Below are positions 50,444-62,215 of a DNA stretch of 64,000 nt, piece by piece. The DNA is from Phoronis australis. Its lineage: Eukaryota > Animalia > Phoronida. The notes beneath the pieces are model-generated. The model had not been told where the DNA came from. It saw only the letters and a program-made list of their open reading frames with translations, and made no database searches. The stretch is from NCBI GenBank assembly GCA_002633005.1, contig NMRA01000213.1, positions 227,892 through 291,891 of the forward strand, given 5' to 3'. The position numbers and the translations under genes were made by a program. The first letter of the stretch is position 1; the number at the start of each line of letters is the position of its first letter.

Positions 50444-51609
50444 TTAAGAATCATGGCACCAGCAGCATTATCAAAAGATTGCCAACAAATTCACCATGCC
50501 TTAAACGTAACTGTGGACCTGAAAACAAAAAAAAAACATTTTTTTATAAATGACTCACTTAAGAGAGGTCCTGTTAATAGCAGTTTGAAAATTAGTACAC
50601 TTTGTAGGTAAGGAACTTAAAAAGGGTTCATTTTTCAACACAGTTTAGTACAGATGTTTTCTTATTCCCCACATTGTATTTAAATGATTTTTTGGGCTAA
50701 ACAGATTCTAGCCCAGTCTTTTGTGTGGATTGCTTTAAAACCCTGAAAAGGAATTATGTCATCATGTTTTGGGAATACACCTCTGGAGTGAAGCTTTCAA
50801 TCCAAATCGAACTCGAAATTGGTTTGTCACAGTCCACTTCAAGATAGTTGTTGATCACCACTAGATTAGAGCGAAAATTTTCGAAAAAAATTCAAGATTT
50901 CTAGTACAAACTCGAACTCATACTCGAATTATTAGCTCCAATGCTGGGATCATTAATTGCCATCATTAAGCACTCAAATATAGAATAAAAGAAACTTATC
51001 TTGAGTTCAAACAAAAGTAGAATAAAAAATAACAAAAATAATCTTGAGTAAAAAGATGAAACCCAGGGCTCAGGTGTTACTTTCATAATGATCTATGCTT
51101 TCACAAGGCAGTGAATGTGCAACTTGGCAGTCGGGTCTTTAATAACCTATTCCCCCAACACCACTGGTGTAGTCATAACTATTCAGTAGAGGTTGCTAAA
51201 CTTGAAATTGCTGGCGACCAATGAATGTGACTGAAATGAGAGGCCACCTGTTGGCACTATATGAACATTGGACAGGGAGAGGGGAGCTGGCCAAGCCCAA
51301 AACTGAAATGAGTTTCTATCAGGGGAAGGGTCTGCAATGGACAGGGGGTAGCCCTGTTGTGCGCCCCACCGCTATGTTAATGTCTAGACCTAATACCTCG
51401 GTCTATCCAAATACTAAACCAAATTTCTAATCAATACATCAGCAAAATAAAGTTCCCAATGGTTAGACAAATTTCTTGGCATGTTCTGTGTTTTTTAGCC
51501 TATGAGTATAATATTTCTAGAAACACATTAATGATGTCAACGTGAGGGTGTTTGCCAGTGCGAATGTTCTGAAGCATTTCACACTGCCCAACTCTTGCCA
51601 CGAGGAGGG

Positions 51610-51760
51610 CAGGGGGGATCCAGTTAGGGGGGAGGGGCAGGGCTTAATCTTAGCCTGGATTTTGCCCGTCAGACATTCGCACCCCCCAAACAGCCAAATG
51701 GAATATGGGAGAATTTTAGGGAGGCCATGGCCCCCTTGGCACCCTCTAAATCCTCCACTG
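51610..51760. mobile_element. G-rich MITE related to the 48040 and 35811 elements
   Basis: GAGGG|CAGGGGGGATCCAG ... CTAAATCCTCCACTG|GAGGC (4/5 TSD). Confidence 0.65.
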
Positions 51761-52300
51761 GAGGCCCCCCTCAATTAGAATCAAATTTGTAATTTTGAAA
51801 AACTCTTCGAAAAGACCGAAATGTTGACTAAAATCACTGCTGTATTATGTAAATCATAACCACAAGAACCAAGCACTAGCACGTTGCTCATAACACTGAG
51901 CAAAACATAATGGAAATAGTCACATACAGGGGACCCCCACTTTGAGAATCAGTGTTTTCTACTGAAATACAGGAATCTGTTTTTCACTGAATAGCAGGCG
52001 TTAAAACTTGTTCTCAAAATGCGGATTGCTAGTGAGTGACTATTTGCCTAGATAAGAACCCATTCCACCAAACGCACAAGAAACCGTCAATTTGTGTTAA
52101 GTGACCCAACTTAAAATCTTTGAAGTACCCTGAGCTCCCAATTTTGAAATGTGAGATGTTTTTGCAACTAGTCATTTCAACGAACCAGGTTTTTAAAGTT
52201 CGCTTGCTTACAATGTCTAACTCCAAGACGCTTTGATTATAGCAAACCTTAGTAGTTTCAGAATGTTTTTCTCATATTTTATTTTGCTCTAGCATGATAA

Positions 52301-53266
52301 TTACATGTTACATAGAACAATACAGTTTACATCATTTACAAAGAATAACATTAAATCGGTATTCAACAAGTACCGTATTTCCTTCACAATGTAATTTAAT
52401 AAAGTTAATGAACATTTAGAAATTGAGATTCTTTTTAACAAACTTTTGGCTAAATATGTAATTTTTGCTAGCATGATCAATAGATTAATGTTACAATTTT
52501 CCGGATGAACGTTTCCCCCCAAAAAACAAGACACTGCTATCTTGTCCACATGAAAATTTACATGATATGTTTGTTTTAACCACTCAGCAAACAGGAGCCG
52601 GAAACCGGAGACAAGAGGACATTCCGAAAACAGACGAAGAAAAGTTTCACTGTGTTCACCACAGAAAGAGCATAAATCACTTGTCTTTATTTTAATTTTA
52701 TGTAAATACTTATTGGTTGGCAATATTCTGTGAATTAGACGGTCTTGAAACCAACGCAATTTTGTATCTTTTGTACAATTGAAGGGCAGCTTATTAACTT
52801 TTCTCCACCACATATCAGGGTCACTAAAATTTACATTATTAATAAAAGCGTTTATATCTATCTCGGATGACCACTTGTTTTTATGTTTACAAGCTGTCTG
52901 AAGTGACTGAAACAAGGGGTCATAAATATTTACTGCTTGTGACTTATTATGCAAAATTATATAAATATAGCTTGGAAAAATTGGTAAAAAGATATTGTCG
53001 TTTCTATTCTTAAGACCACTGTACGCTGCAAAGGTTGCACTTCTTAATCCATAGAATTCTAGTACTGGAGGTTGAAAGTTATAACTGTTACAGAGTCCTT
53101 CGTATGACATAAAAGAACCTTTGGCATTAAACAAATCACACACACAATTTACTCCCCTTTCAAAACAGGTCTTGTAGATAATAGACTTTAATTTTGAATT
53201 ATACCACAGGGGAGAGTAAATGATATTTTCATTTTTGTCATACAAACTCCGGTCACAGTTAATCAC
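52301..53266 (-). mobile_element. Tx1/L1-clade LINE ORF2 C-terminal fragment (zf-RVT region)
   Basis: 321-aa ORF with LWYN, GVNCVCDL, KLRWFQDRLIHRILPTNKYLHKIKIKTSDLCSFCGEHSETFLRLFSECP. No RT or endonuclease domain, so 5'-truncated. Confidence 0.85.
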
Positions 53267-56200
53267 GTGATTCTGAGCATTCGGACAGACTTGGTTAGGT
53301 CGCTAAAACTGAACGATTATTCCTAAATTCCTGCATTGCGCAATACCCAAATTAATCATATGTTGAAATTATAATTAAACTAATCCAGTAACTGTGGAAA
53401 TTCTTGCTGTCACAGTAAAGAATTTCCTGAAAGTCTTATGATGCCCATTGTGCACTTCTCGATCACCGCTGGGCGTTACTGACGATTTCTCGCATTGCGA
53501 TTTTGATGTGTATTTTAATTTTTGAACGTCGATTTCTCGGCGATGCGTGAACGAATTGCCATGAAATTTCGAATACTTGCTATTTGATAACTTTCAAAAG
53601 GAACCGTGTCTCAGAATCTTAATTCAGGTACTAGTTTTTCATTGCTGAAAATATTCTTACATTTCCCAAACAATTCAACTTTATTGATCATCGTCAATTT
53701 GGACATTTGCAGGAAACATCACAATGTAACAACTTGTTGAAATAGTACATAAGATTGGTTTACATTTTGAGAAGATCGAGAGTGTCAGGTCAATCTTTCT
53801 AGACACAGCGTCCGCTTTCAATTGTGTCCCTCATCACCGTCTACTCCATAATCTCATATCCTATGAGATTATTGGGACTCTTCAAAATATAATGCCACTA
53901 ATCACACCATTTCTTTCTTATCGTACATACAGTGTTCGTGTCGACAGTGCTCTTTCAACATCATCTGGCTTTGTTAACACAGGTGTACCGCAGGGTAGCG
54001 TATTAGGCCCTCTTCTTTTCTCGGTCTACATGTATATTGATAACCTTCCTGATTACGCGTCATGTAGCACGTGCCTTTATGCAGAAGCCACGACACTTTT
54101 TTACCCCTTGCAGAAGGCATTTCTTGAGAGTTTATTGTAGCTACAACACGACTTGAATAAACTCAGCGTTTGGTCACAACAGTTTAAACCAGAAAAAAAG
54201 TGTTGACCTCACCTTTTCCAATAATTCTATCCTCTACGTGGACCCATCCTATGACCTCAAACTTAATGATGAAATCATTCCTAGAAAAAAATCGCACAGA
54301 CATCTCGGTAAACTGTTAGGTGAAAAACTTTCCTTCACACCTCACCTTCGGGAGCTGGTACAAAAAATTCAGAAACTGATTAATCCGCTTAAGCTTGTCT
54401 CTCACCATCTGAGTTCTACACATTAAGAAGTCGTGTTCAAATCCTTCACACTTACGCACAACGATTATTGCGATATTATCAGTCTACCAACACTGGTGCA
54501 TTCCAGCATTTGGATAAAATACAGTATCAAGCTGCCTTTGAGTTTACAGGGGATCCAATAATGTTAAGGTTTAGTATAGTCTCAAGTGGCCCAAACTGTC
54601 TGCTTGACGCAATCATCACATGAGCACCTTACTTTTAAAGTACTAAACAATGTAAACAATGCCTCAGTCAGTTAAAAAATATTTGATCTATATACTAGAC
54701 TAGGCCATCGTACTGGTTTTGAAATCATTCGGCCCATATGCAATTCCTCCTTCGTTCAGTTAGGCATTCCGAAGGTCTGCAGGTGAGTTGTGCATCAATA
54801 ACTGGAATTCTCTTACAGTCTCTGTTAAAGAAGGCAACTAAGTCACTGGCATAAATACAATTTTAAAACTTTTTTCATAACTCTGACAAGGCAGTAGCTC
54901 TGACACAATTCTCGTTGCACCGCGAAAAAAGAAAAAGCAATGTACCGATCGAGATGCGGTCTTTTCCTCAAAACGGACAAGTCCAGGCCAAACTTTAATA
55001 ACGTCTCTCCAAACTGTAAGCGCGGTGACCATCAATATTATCATTATTTTCTTCAAATGTGCCCTCATCGAATGCCAGAATAACCCACTCTTTCGTGCAC
55101 TCAATTAAAACCAATTAATTGTAAATGCTCTCAATTCTTGTTTATAATATTTCTACTAAACTTATATCATTACAAAATGGTAGTCTAATCTTCGACCTTT
55201 TTTCCAATGATTTCCTCTTAAGTAGTGTTAGTAAATTCTTATGCATCGTTTATATATTTTGTTGCTTCTCATTTCCATATCTGTACAATCTCTGTTTTTG
55301 TTTTTCTTAAATATATTTGTAATATCATATCTAAATATTTGAATACCGTTATTAGATACTACTTATAGCTCTGTGTATACAACTTTCATCTATGTACTGT
55401 CTACAACCCAGATACAACGGCTCGCGATTTCTGGGTTTGTCATTATTTTCCTTGTATTTTCTGTGTATTCTTGAATAAATATATATCACATTTAATCGTC
55501 GAACGTGATCTCAAACAATGACGAACTACTAGATTGCAGTTTTGCCAAAATTAGTTATCATCTGATTAGGGACGGAACTCGGGATTGTTGCCGTTTTCAG
55601 CTGAATTAAAATGGTTCAACCTAATACCCCACAATGAGAGTTTCTCCCCAACGGCTCATTCTCAAAACCATAAAATTGTGCATTTCATTTCTACGCTAGC
55701 AAGTCAGTGAATAAATGACCGGAAAGGTTCTTTGGGAAAAACAGAATGAGCGGGATTTAAAACTGAAGGTTTATGAAGTCACAACTGCTGTTCAGTTACA
55801 TGTATATGGTCTTAACAACGTTTAATTATCCAGTACCTAAAGGGTTGGCAATTCATTACTAAGCGCCCATAACCGCAACGAGTCCACACTTTGGAGTGGC
55901 GAGCTTGATAAAGTAACTAATGGCATCTTTTGTTTTCCTCTCAGATCAGTAGTAATTCTGCAATAAGGCCATTTGCGGGTTGTATGAATATCACGCGTGT
56001 AAACACGAGAGGTGATACAAGTGCCCGGATACGGGCGTGGGGGCAGGGTAGGGAGAATTGATAGTTCATTTCGTGTCCCACTATATGTGGCTCGTGTAAG
56101 CTTCTCTATTTATTTCATTTCTGAAGTTTCTTTGGGAAAATAGAGAAAAAATATTGATTTGCCACTTGAACCTCCCTAGCAGTGTCTTTCTACCTTTTGC

Positions 56201-56448
56201 GTATAGTGTGAAACTTCTGTGCTCTCAATCGGCATAAACTTCCAACCATGAATTCATGGATTTTTAGTTTTAAAACCAGTATAAAGCATTTTTTGTTGTA
56301 ACTTTATAGCGATTTTAAGACTTTCTTCATATGTGCATTTGCTATACCAAAGCAACGCCATTGCGTCGTATAATTTATTTGATTTGAAATTGATTTCTGC
56401 ACCATCTGCTTAATATAAAATTGTTCAATCACATCAAAGAGTGTAGTA

Positions 56449-58489
56449 CAATCGGGCAAATCACAATCAAGGTCCATATTCGGTGGCCACTTTTGGGGAA
56501 AAATGAAGGGTTGTCATCTAACTGTAAAAGCTGGGTTTTTTTAAAGTGTCATCATTCCAGGTTGATAATCTAAAACATTTTTCCACAAGAACCACCGAAT
56601 AAAATTTTATGGCCTAATGCATCATAGTTGTATAAAAGGGTATAGACACTACAACTTGTGGTCACAGCCCACTTATATCATGCAAAAATTCATATATGGT
56701 ATCTGTCAATTTAGTAAGTTCTTGATCAAATTGAAGAAGTATCACATACTTAAGTATGAAAAGTTATTACAATGCTAATCAAGTTGTTCTAGATGATGAT
56801 ACATTGCATATCTTAACACACTAATGAGAACTTTAATCTTCTCTTGCAACATGATTCATACAAAAAGAAAGTGACAGGCATCTACTTTTTCAAAACTTTA
56901 TTGGTGCTATTTGGCTAGTTTTCAACACATTCACCAGTTGGTCAAAATAGTTAAAGCAATGTTAGGCCCAGTGTTCAACTTGTAAACAGTAAATAATGGT
57001 ACTGTTTGGGGGGTACGTACACTACGCACAGTCAATCAACGTCAAATTTTGACTAAGTTACAAATGTATGCGATGATCTTGAGTTTTGTGCTGTCTCTAC
57101 TAGTTGTGTTGTTGCAAGTTGTCTTGAGAGATAGAGAACTTGCCTCTGCAACATCAGTTGCCACGTGACATGTCTTCTAGGATGTTACTAGTCAAGACCT
57201 GTGTGGCACTTTATTTCCCACAAATTTAATAATTTCCATTGTTTTTTGTTTTGTCAGACTGGATGCATTTTGGAAACTTCAGTATTGTTCAAAAACGGCA
57301 GTATGTAAAAATACTTGTGGGCAATACTTTATAGCACAGAGGTTGGAGGTACGTACACTACACAGGGGTACGTACACTACATTTCAATGACATGCCAGGT
57401 TTGTAACTAAATACTAAGAATCTACTGAGAGTTAGTTTATTTACTAAATCAATTCAAAGAGAAAAAATAAAAAACACAGCATTCATGTGCATATTTGCCA
57501 TACTTTGAAAACAGGCACAAATTAAAATATGGTGTTACGTACAATACACAAAAGCTAATATTTCACTCAAAACAAATGTATTTGCAATAAACAAACTTTT
57601 AAACTAACATTTTTTATGAAAGCAAACTGTCTACAACCAACGTTGCTCACTTACCAAGTGATATTTTAATTTCATGGCATTTGTAAACATGGGGGTACGT
57701 TCACTACAAAAGGGGGTACGTACACTACATAACTGTTTCTGCATAACATGGTAACATAGTGTTGTATGACTATTTATTTTTCTTTGGTGATAATAAGCAC
57801 CATAATGCTATTAAAAAGGCAATAATTTCATTTGCAATGACCATTTGTGTTATTGAAATTCACATAGGGGGTAGGTATTCTACATTTTGTTAGTTTTTTG
57901 GCCCATTTTCACCATAAAAGAACCCAGTCAATATCCAAACTTTTGGTTTGTTCAGATATTGAATAATTTGCTGTGTTGCCTAGGCTAACATATTCTGCAG
58001 TTCTTTTTATTACAGAGTGTGAACTTTAGTTTTTAAACTTCTTTACATTAGGCGAGGGTTAGAAATACAGAATTCACAAATTTCGTAACGAGTGCCTGTT
58101 TTATGATGAGTCTACCATTTCTCAATGATTGAGCTCAACTTCGTCTAAGTGCGTCTAAGTGATTCTGAAAGTGACTCAAGTTTTTCTCAGTCATATCAAA
58201 GCAATTGCTTACTTAATAAAATCAATTTCTTTTCTACTGTTGACAGTTGAAAATTGTAATTTTTAAAATGGCCACTCTGAACGCTAAAATGCATGAAATT
58301 CATAGACAAAATCATGCATAAATTTCTCAAATTTCCGATTCTGATGATTCTTTTTTAATTTGCACAACTAAATAACTCTTTGCATAATGAGATTCAGTTG
58401 GCATTTGGTAAGTGACCAAACAAATATATTTTAGACCCTAACACAGACAACTCTCGAATATGGACCATGATTGTGATTTAGTCGAATAG
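56449..58489. mobile_element. ~2-kb non-autonomous TIR element (TA-flanked, possibly Tc1/mariner superfamily) with internal motif array
   Basis: TIR core AAATCACAATCA(A/T)GGTCCATATTCG at 56458-56482 and inverted at 58455-58479. TA on both outer flanks. No ORF. Confidence 0.65.
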
Positions 58490-60273
58490 TAAACTCCTTG
58501 ATCACACACAGGTAATTCAGATGTTGTTTTGTACCGGTGGTGATTCATGATTTAAGAATGTAGGCCAGATAAATATTCTCAGTTACACCTGTCAGAAAAG
58601 GTTACAATTTGCATGATCAATCAATAGCTGTGTAGACAACAAAAACCACCGGTAGCCCGCCTGCTTTCGACTACTACCTAGCTAACTAATTATTGCCATG
58701 AGCAAGCCCTTTGTGGAGTTATTTGCGGAAATTCCCGGTGAATCAAAGTGTGCCCACAAAAAGGCATTACAACTAAAACACAATGAATCCTGAAGCGGGA
58801 TTGAGCAGGCAAGTACGATAGCGAAGTGCCTAGAATACCGAGAATTTCTGCTGTCAACTTTCTGACCTTGTTCTTGTCATACATATATTTTTAGTTTGAG
58901 TACTCAAAAATACCGGGTCTTGTTTTCATTATTCTAGAAGTTTGAAAGTGATAACAGCTCATTGCCGTGGAAACATGAATGTACGCTTATGTATGCGCAA
59001 TTTTTAAACACCATATGCTTCCTTGACCTTTCTGAAGAAACAGTCCACTGATGATTGGAACGCCCTTGTGCTTTCTCAGGCTCCTCAGCTCCACTCACTT
59101 CGACTAAAAGTGAGGACACCACCAGTTGCACCTACTTCAATTTAACACACGCAATTCAACCGGTTTATAATACCTGCTGGTCCATGGTTAGCGAAGACGG
59201 ATAGCTGCGAGCTGCGCTATCTCCCTCGAGTGGAACCATAAATGTAGGCGAATGATTAGTTCATTCAATTACATATTTTTAAACCTTGGCGTGAGTTATC
59301 AGCTCAGCTAAGGTGAACTTGAGACAAACAACTCCACTCGTAACCATCAGTGATACAAGCTGCTACTCAGGGCCTCGCAACGACCAAATTGACCCAAAAT
59401 TAAAAGCATTTTAAACTAAAATTCAGGGATTTTTTTTCTGAAATCAACCACAGCCGCTATTGCCGCTCTCCTGCCTTACGTACATGTAAATCTCACCCGG
59501 CGTACGGCAGATAATTTAAAGGACTCTGAACCCTGTTTTCATGACTTCAACCAATTCTCGTCCTGTCGGCCAGTGCTAATCTTCCAAGTTAAAGACCGGC
59601 ATCAACTACATGTAAAAATTCATACCCCCTATCTCGCAAATATGATACAATCCTGGGTGAGTGGTCTTTTCCCACAGTTGCCGTGCAATTCGTTGAAAGC
59701 GTAGGTCACGCCTGCTCATCCAGCAGACTTTGAATAGAGATTTCAAATTTTCCTCCAAACTTTGGAGAGTTGTCAAGGGTTACGGAGTATTATTTTGTTT
59801 CATAGAAATGCGTTTTTAGCATCTGATAAGCGGCCAAAACTGGGGTTGGTGTCCTTTTAATCGATGAAGTCAGTGGAATTCATTGCATCGAATGTCTGGT
59901 ACACAACTGCGGGAATTGGAGGTCTGTTACAAAATCATGAAACACAAGGGAGTTTACTATTTTATAGTCATGGTCAAAGCTAATAACCACATAATGTCTA
60001 TCCCACTCAACAATATAGAACTTTTGATTGTTTACATTTACCTTTATTTTTAGTTTTTACACTTTCGACCATGTCTTCCTCAAAAGTGGGTGTTCTGTTA
60101 TCGGATTACGACGGTTACAGGCCACCGCACGAGTACGATTTCAGCGAGTCAATTTTACCGTCAAAAACAAACTGAAAATCTACCAGACTCAGTTATGGAG
60201 AAACATTTTGGCTGAATGTACCTATGGATAATAGGGCGGTCCCGGATTACTCAGCGACACTTGAATCTCGCTG

Positions 60274-60480
60274 CATTTACCCACAATGCCGTAAACATCC
60301 GTCAGACACATTTGGTGCTTCGTTTTTATGCCACTGAAGTTTCACGTATTATTTGTTGCTGTCTGATTCGTTACCATTTACCCACAATGCCGTAAACATC
60401 CGTCAGACACATTTGGTGCTTCGTTTTTATGCCACTGAAGTTTCACGTATTATTTGTTGCTGTCTGATTCGTTACCATTT
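60274..60480. repeat. 101-bp perfect tandem duplication
   Basis: Unit catttacccacaatgcc...gattcgttac starts at 60274 and 60375, followed by a further cattt. Confidence 0.9.
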
Positions 60481-61035
60481 CTGTCGGAAAAATAATTTGC
60501 TCTGAACAACACAACTTGTATGAATAAATGAAAGCTACCAACACTTCAAAAACCAATTTCCTAGCAATCTTTGAATACCGTTCATATCTTGGGGTAGAAA
60601 ATTGACCTACGACGAGGAATTGTAATTTATCAAATTAATGAAGTTTTAATTTGTCCCGCTGTAAGGTCACATGATATAGGCTTGTACAACAAGGTATACC
60701 AACATTGGAAATGACTGTTGACCATGTAATATTGTGTAAGTTGTTACAATGTAATGATGAAAGGTGAAAATTGAAAATTCTGATCGCCACTTGTATTTTC
60801 CATTGCTGTCAAACCTCTGCGGCAAACCGAGCACTAATTCATGTTACCCAACCCGGTGTGCGTTTAAAGGGCATTGGTGCCACCAGCAGTGGAGCCCCGA
60901 ATGATATCGAGGGTCACACCCATAGTCAGTGACCTACTGTTTCTGTCACTTTTAGCCGTTGACAAGGGCATCACAGTTTTCCCCACCCCCTCTTAGGTAC
61001 GTCAATGTATCCCTTGATATCTACAAGTAGCAAAG

Positions 61036-61283
61036 GAATTTGTTGAATACACGACACTTTTCATTTTTCACGGTCTTTATTCCGTTGCGTTCATACTTTC
61101 TGAACAAAACTCTACTCTCTACTGAACATAGATACAGTAACTGACCTAGCGACATAATTAAAAAGGTCGCTAGGTCAGTTACTGTATCTATGTTCAGTAG
61201 AGAGTAGAGTTTTGTTCAGAAAGTATGAACGCAACGGAATAAAGACCGTGAAAAATGAAAAGTGTCGTGTATTCAACAAATTC
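61036..61283. repeat. Perfect inverted repeat, 118-bp arms, 12-nt spacer
   Basis: 61036-61153 is the exact reverse complement of 61166-61283; spacer ataattaaaaag. Confidence 0.95.
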
Positions 61284-62215
61284 TGTATAACAGAAAACTT
61301 GCTCCCGAAGTACAGTAAGTAGCAAAGGGGAAAACTAAAACTCGATGTACTTAACAATGCATTTTTATCATTTGTAGTGAGACTCGAACTTGGGTGTTGA
61401 TGTAAGTACCCCGGCCAAGATGGCCTACCTGGGAAACAGGAGTTTTACTCCGTCGTTCTGAATGTTCGTCAGCCTGCTATTTTAACATGAATTCAGAAAC
61501 CGTTGTAAATTGTTAATTAAATGAGTTTTTGGCCACAGTGAGATTAAAAACCGGACGATCACATGAACAATATACAACCGTCCATCAACTTCACTAGTGA
61601 ATCTGAGAACGAGTCGTATTTACCTTTTCTAGATGTCTTGGTTAAACGTGAGAATAGCACCGTTGTTACACCTGTGTATCGTAAGCCCAGTTTTTCTGGA
61701 TTTATCTTAAATTTTATAGAGGTCTAGTCATTGCTTGTTACACCGTCGGTGCCTGAAGAATTGGTTTTACCAATTTAAGTTTTGATAGTGACGTACATGT
61801 AGCTAGGATTTTCCAGTTATTGCGTGGCAATGTTTACCCTCTGAAATTTTTGAATAGCTATTAAAGGCACTTCCTTTGAAAAATGAATGAGGTAGATAAG
61901 GTAGCTGCTATTGGACCCGAGAAAAAGAAAGTTTTCTTTTCTCTTGATTACACCTGGCAAAGCAGTATAAAATTGAAACGTCAATTATCTCGCCTTATTC
62001 ATTGCATAGACCCAGCGGTTGAACCAATACTTGTTTTCAAACTTCTTCGGAAACTTTCCACTATGCTGTGTAAACTGAAGTCATCCATCCCTTTATTGAA
62101 CAATAGCAATGTTGTTTATAAGGTTGAATGTGACAACTGTAAGGAATTCTATATCGGACTCACACAGAGACGCTTCTGTGACAGGCTGAAAATCATCACG
62201 CCTCAAAGAAAAGCA
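61166..62215 (+). mobile_element. Penelope-like retroelement remnant (N-terminus, RT C-terminal part, GIY-YIG endonuclease), internally deleted
   Basis: SLGQLLYLCSVESRVLFRKYER..FNKFCITENLLPKY; MNNIQPSINFTSESENESYLPFLDVLVKRENSTVVTPVYRKPSFSG (61563 onward); NVVYKVECDNCKEFYIGLTQRRFCDRL (GIY-YIG). Confidence 0.85.

Larger units (their letters stand above)
47750..54830 (+). mobile_element. Decayed CR1/L2-type LINE (AP endonuclease + RT) fragmented by nested insertions
   Basis: APE motifs IIVNGDFN (47916), HLIK|EPT across the 48040 MITE, CIDLYTTN, VGNSDHHTVYF (48438). RT motifs IFLDTASAFNCVPHHRLL (53793), GVPQGSVLGPLLF, LYAEA (degenerate YADD), HRHLG. Boundaries approximate. Confidence 0.8.

Noticed and set aside
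57008-57884. CRISPR-like repeat-spacer array
   Set aside because: Eukaryotic context, 16-bp motif, highly irregular spacers from a few bp to more than 300 bp, and no cas genes.
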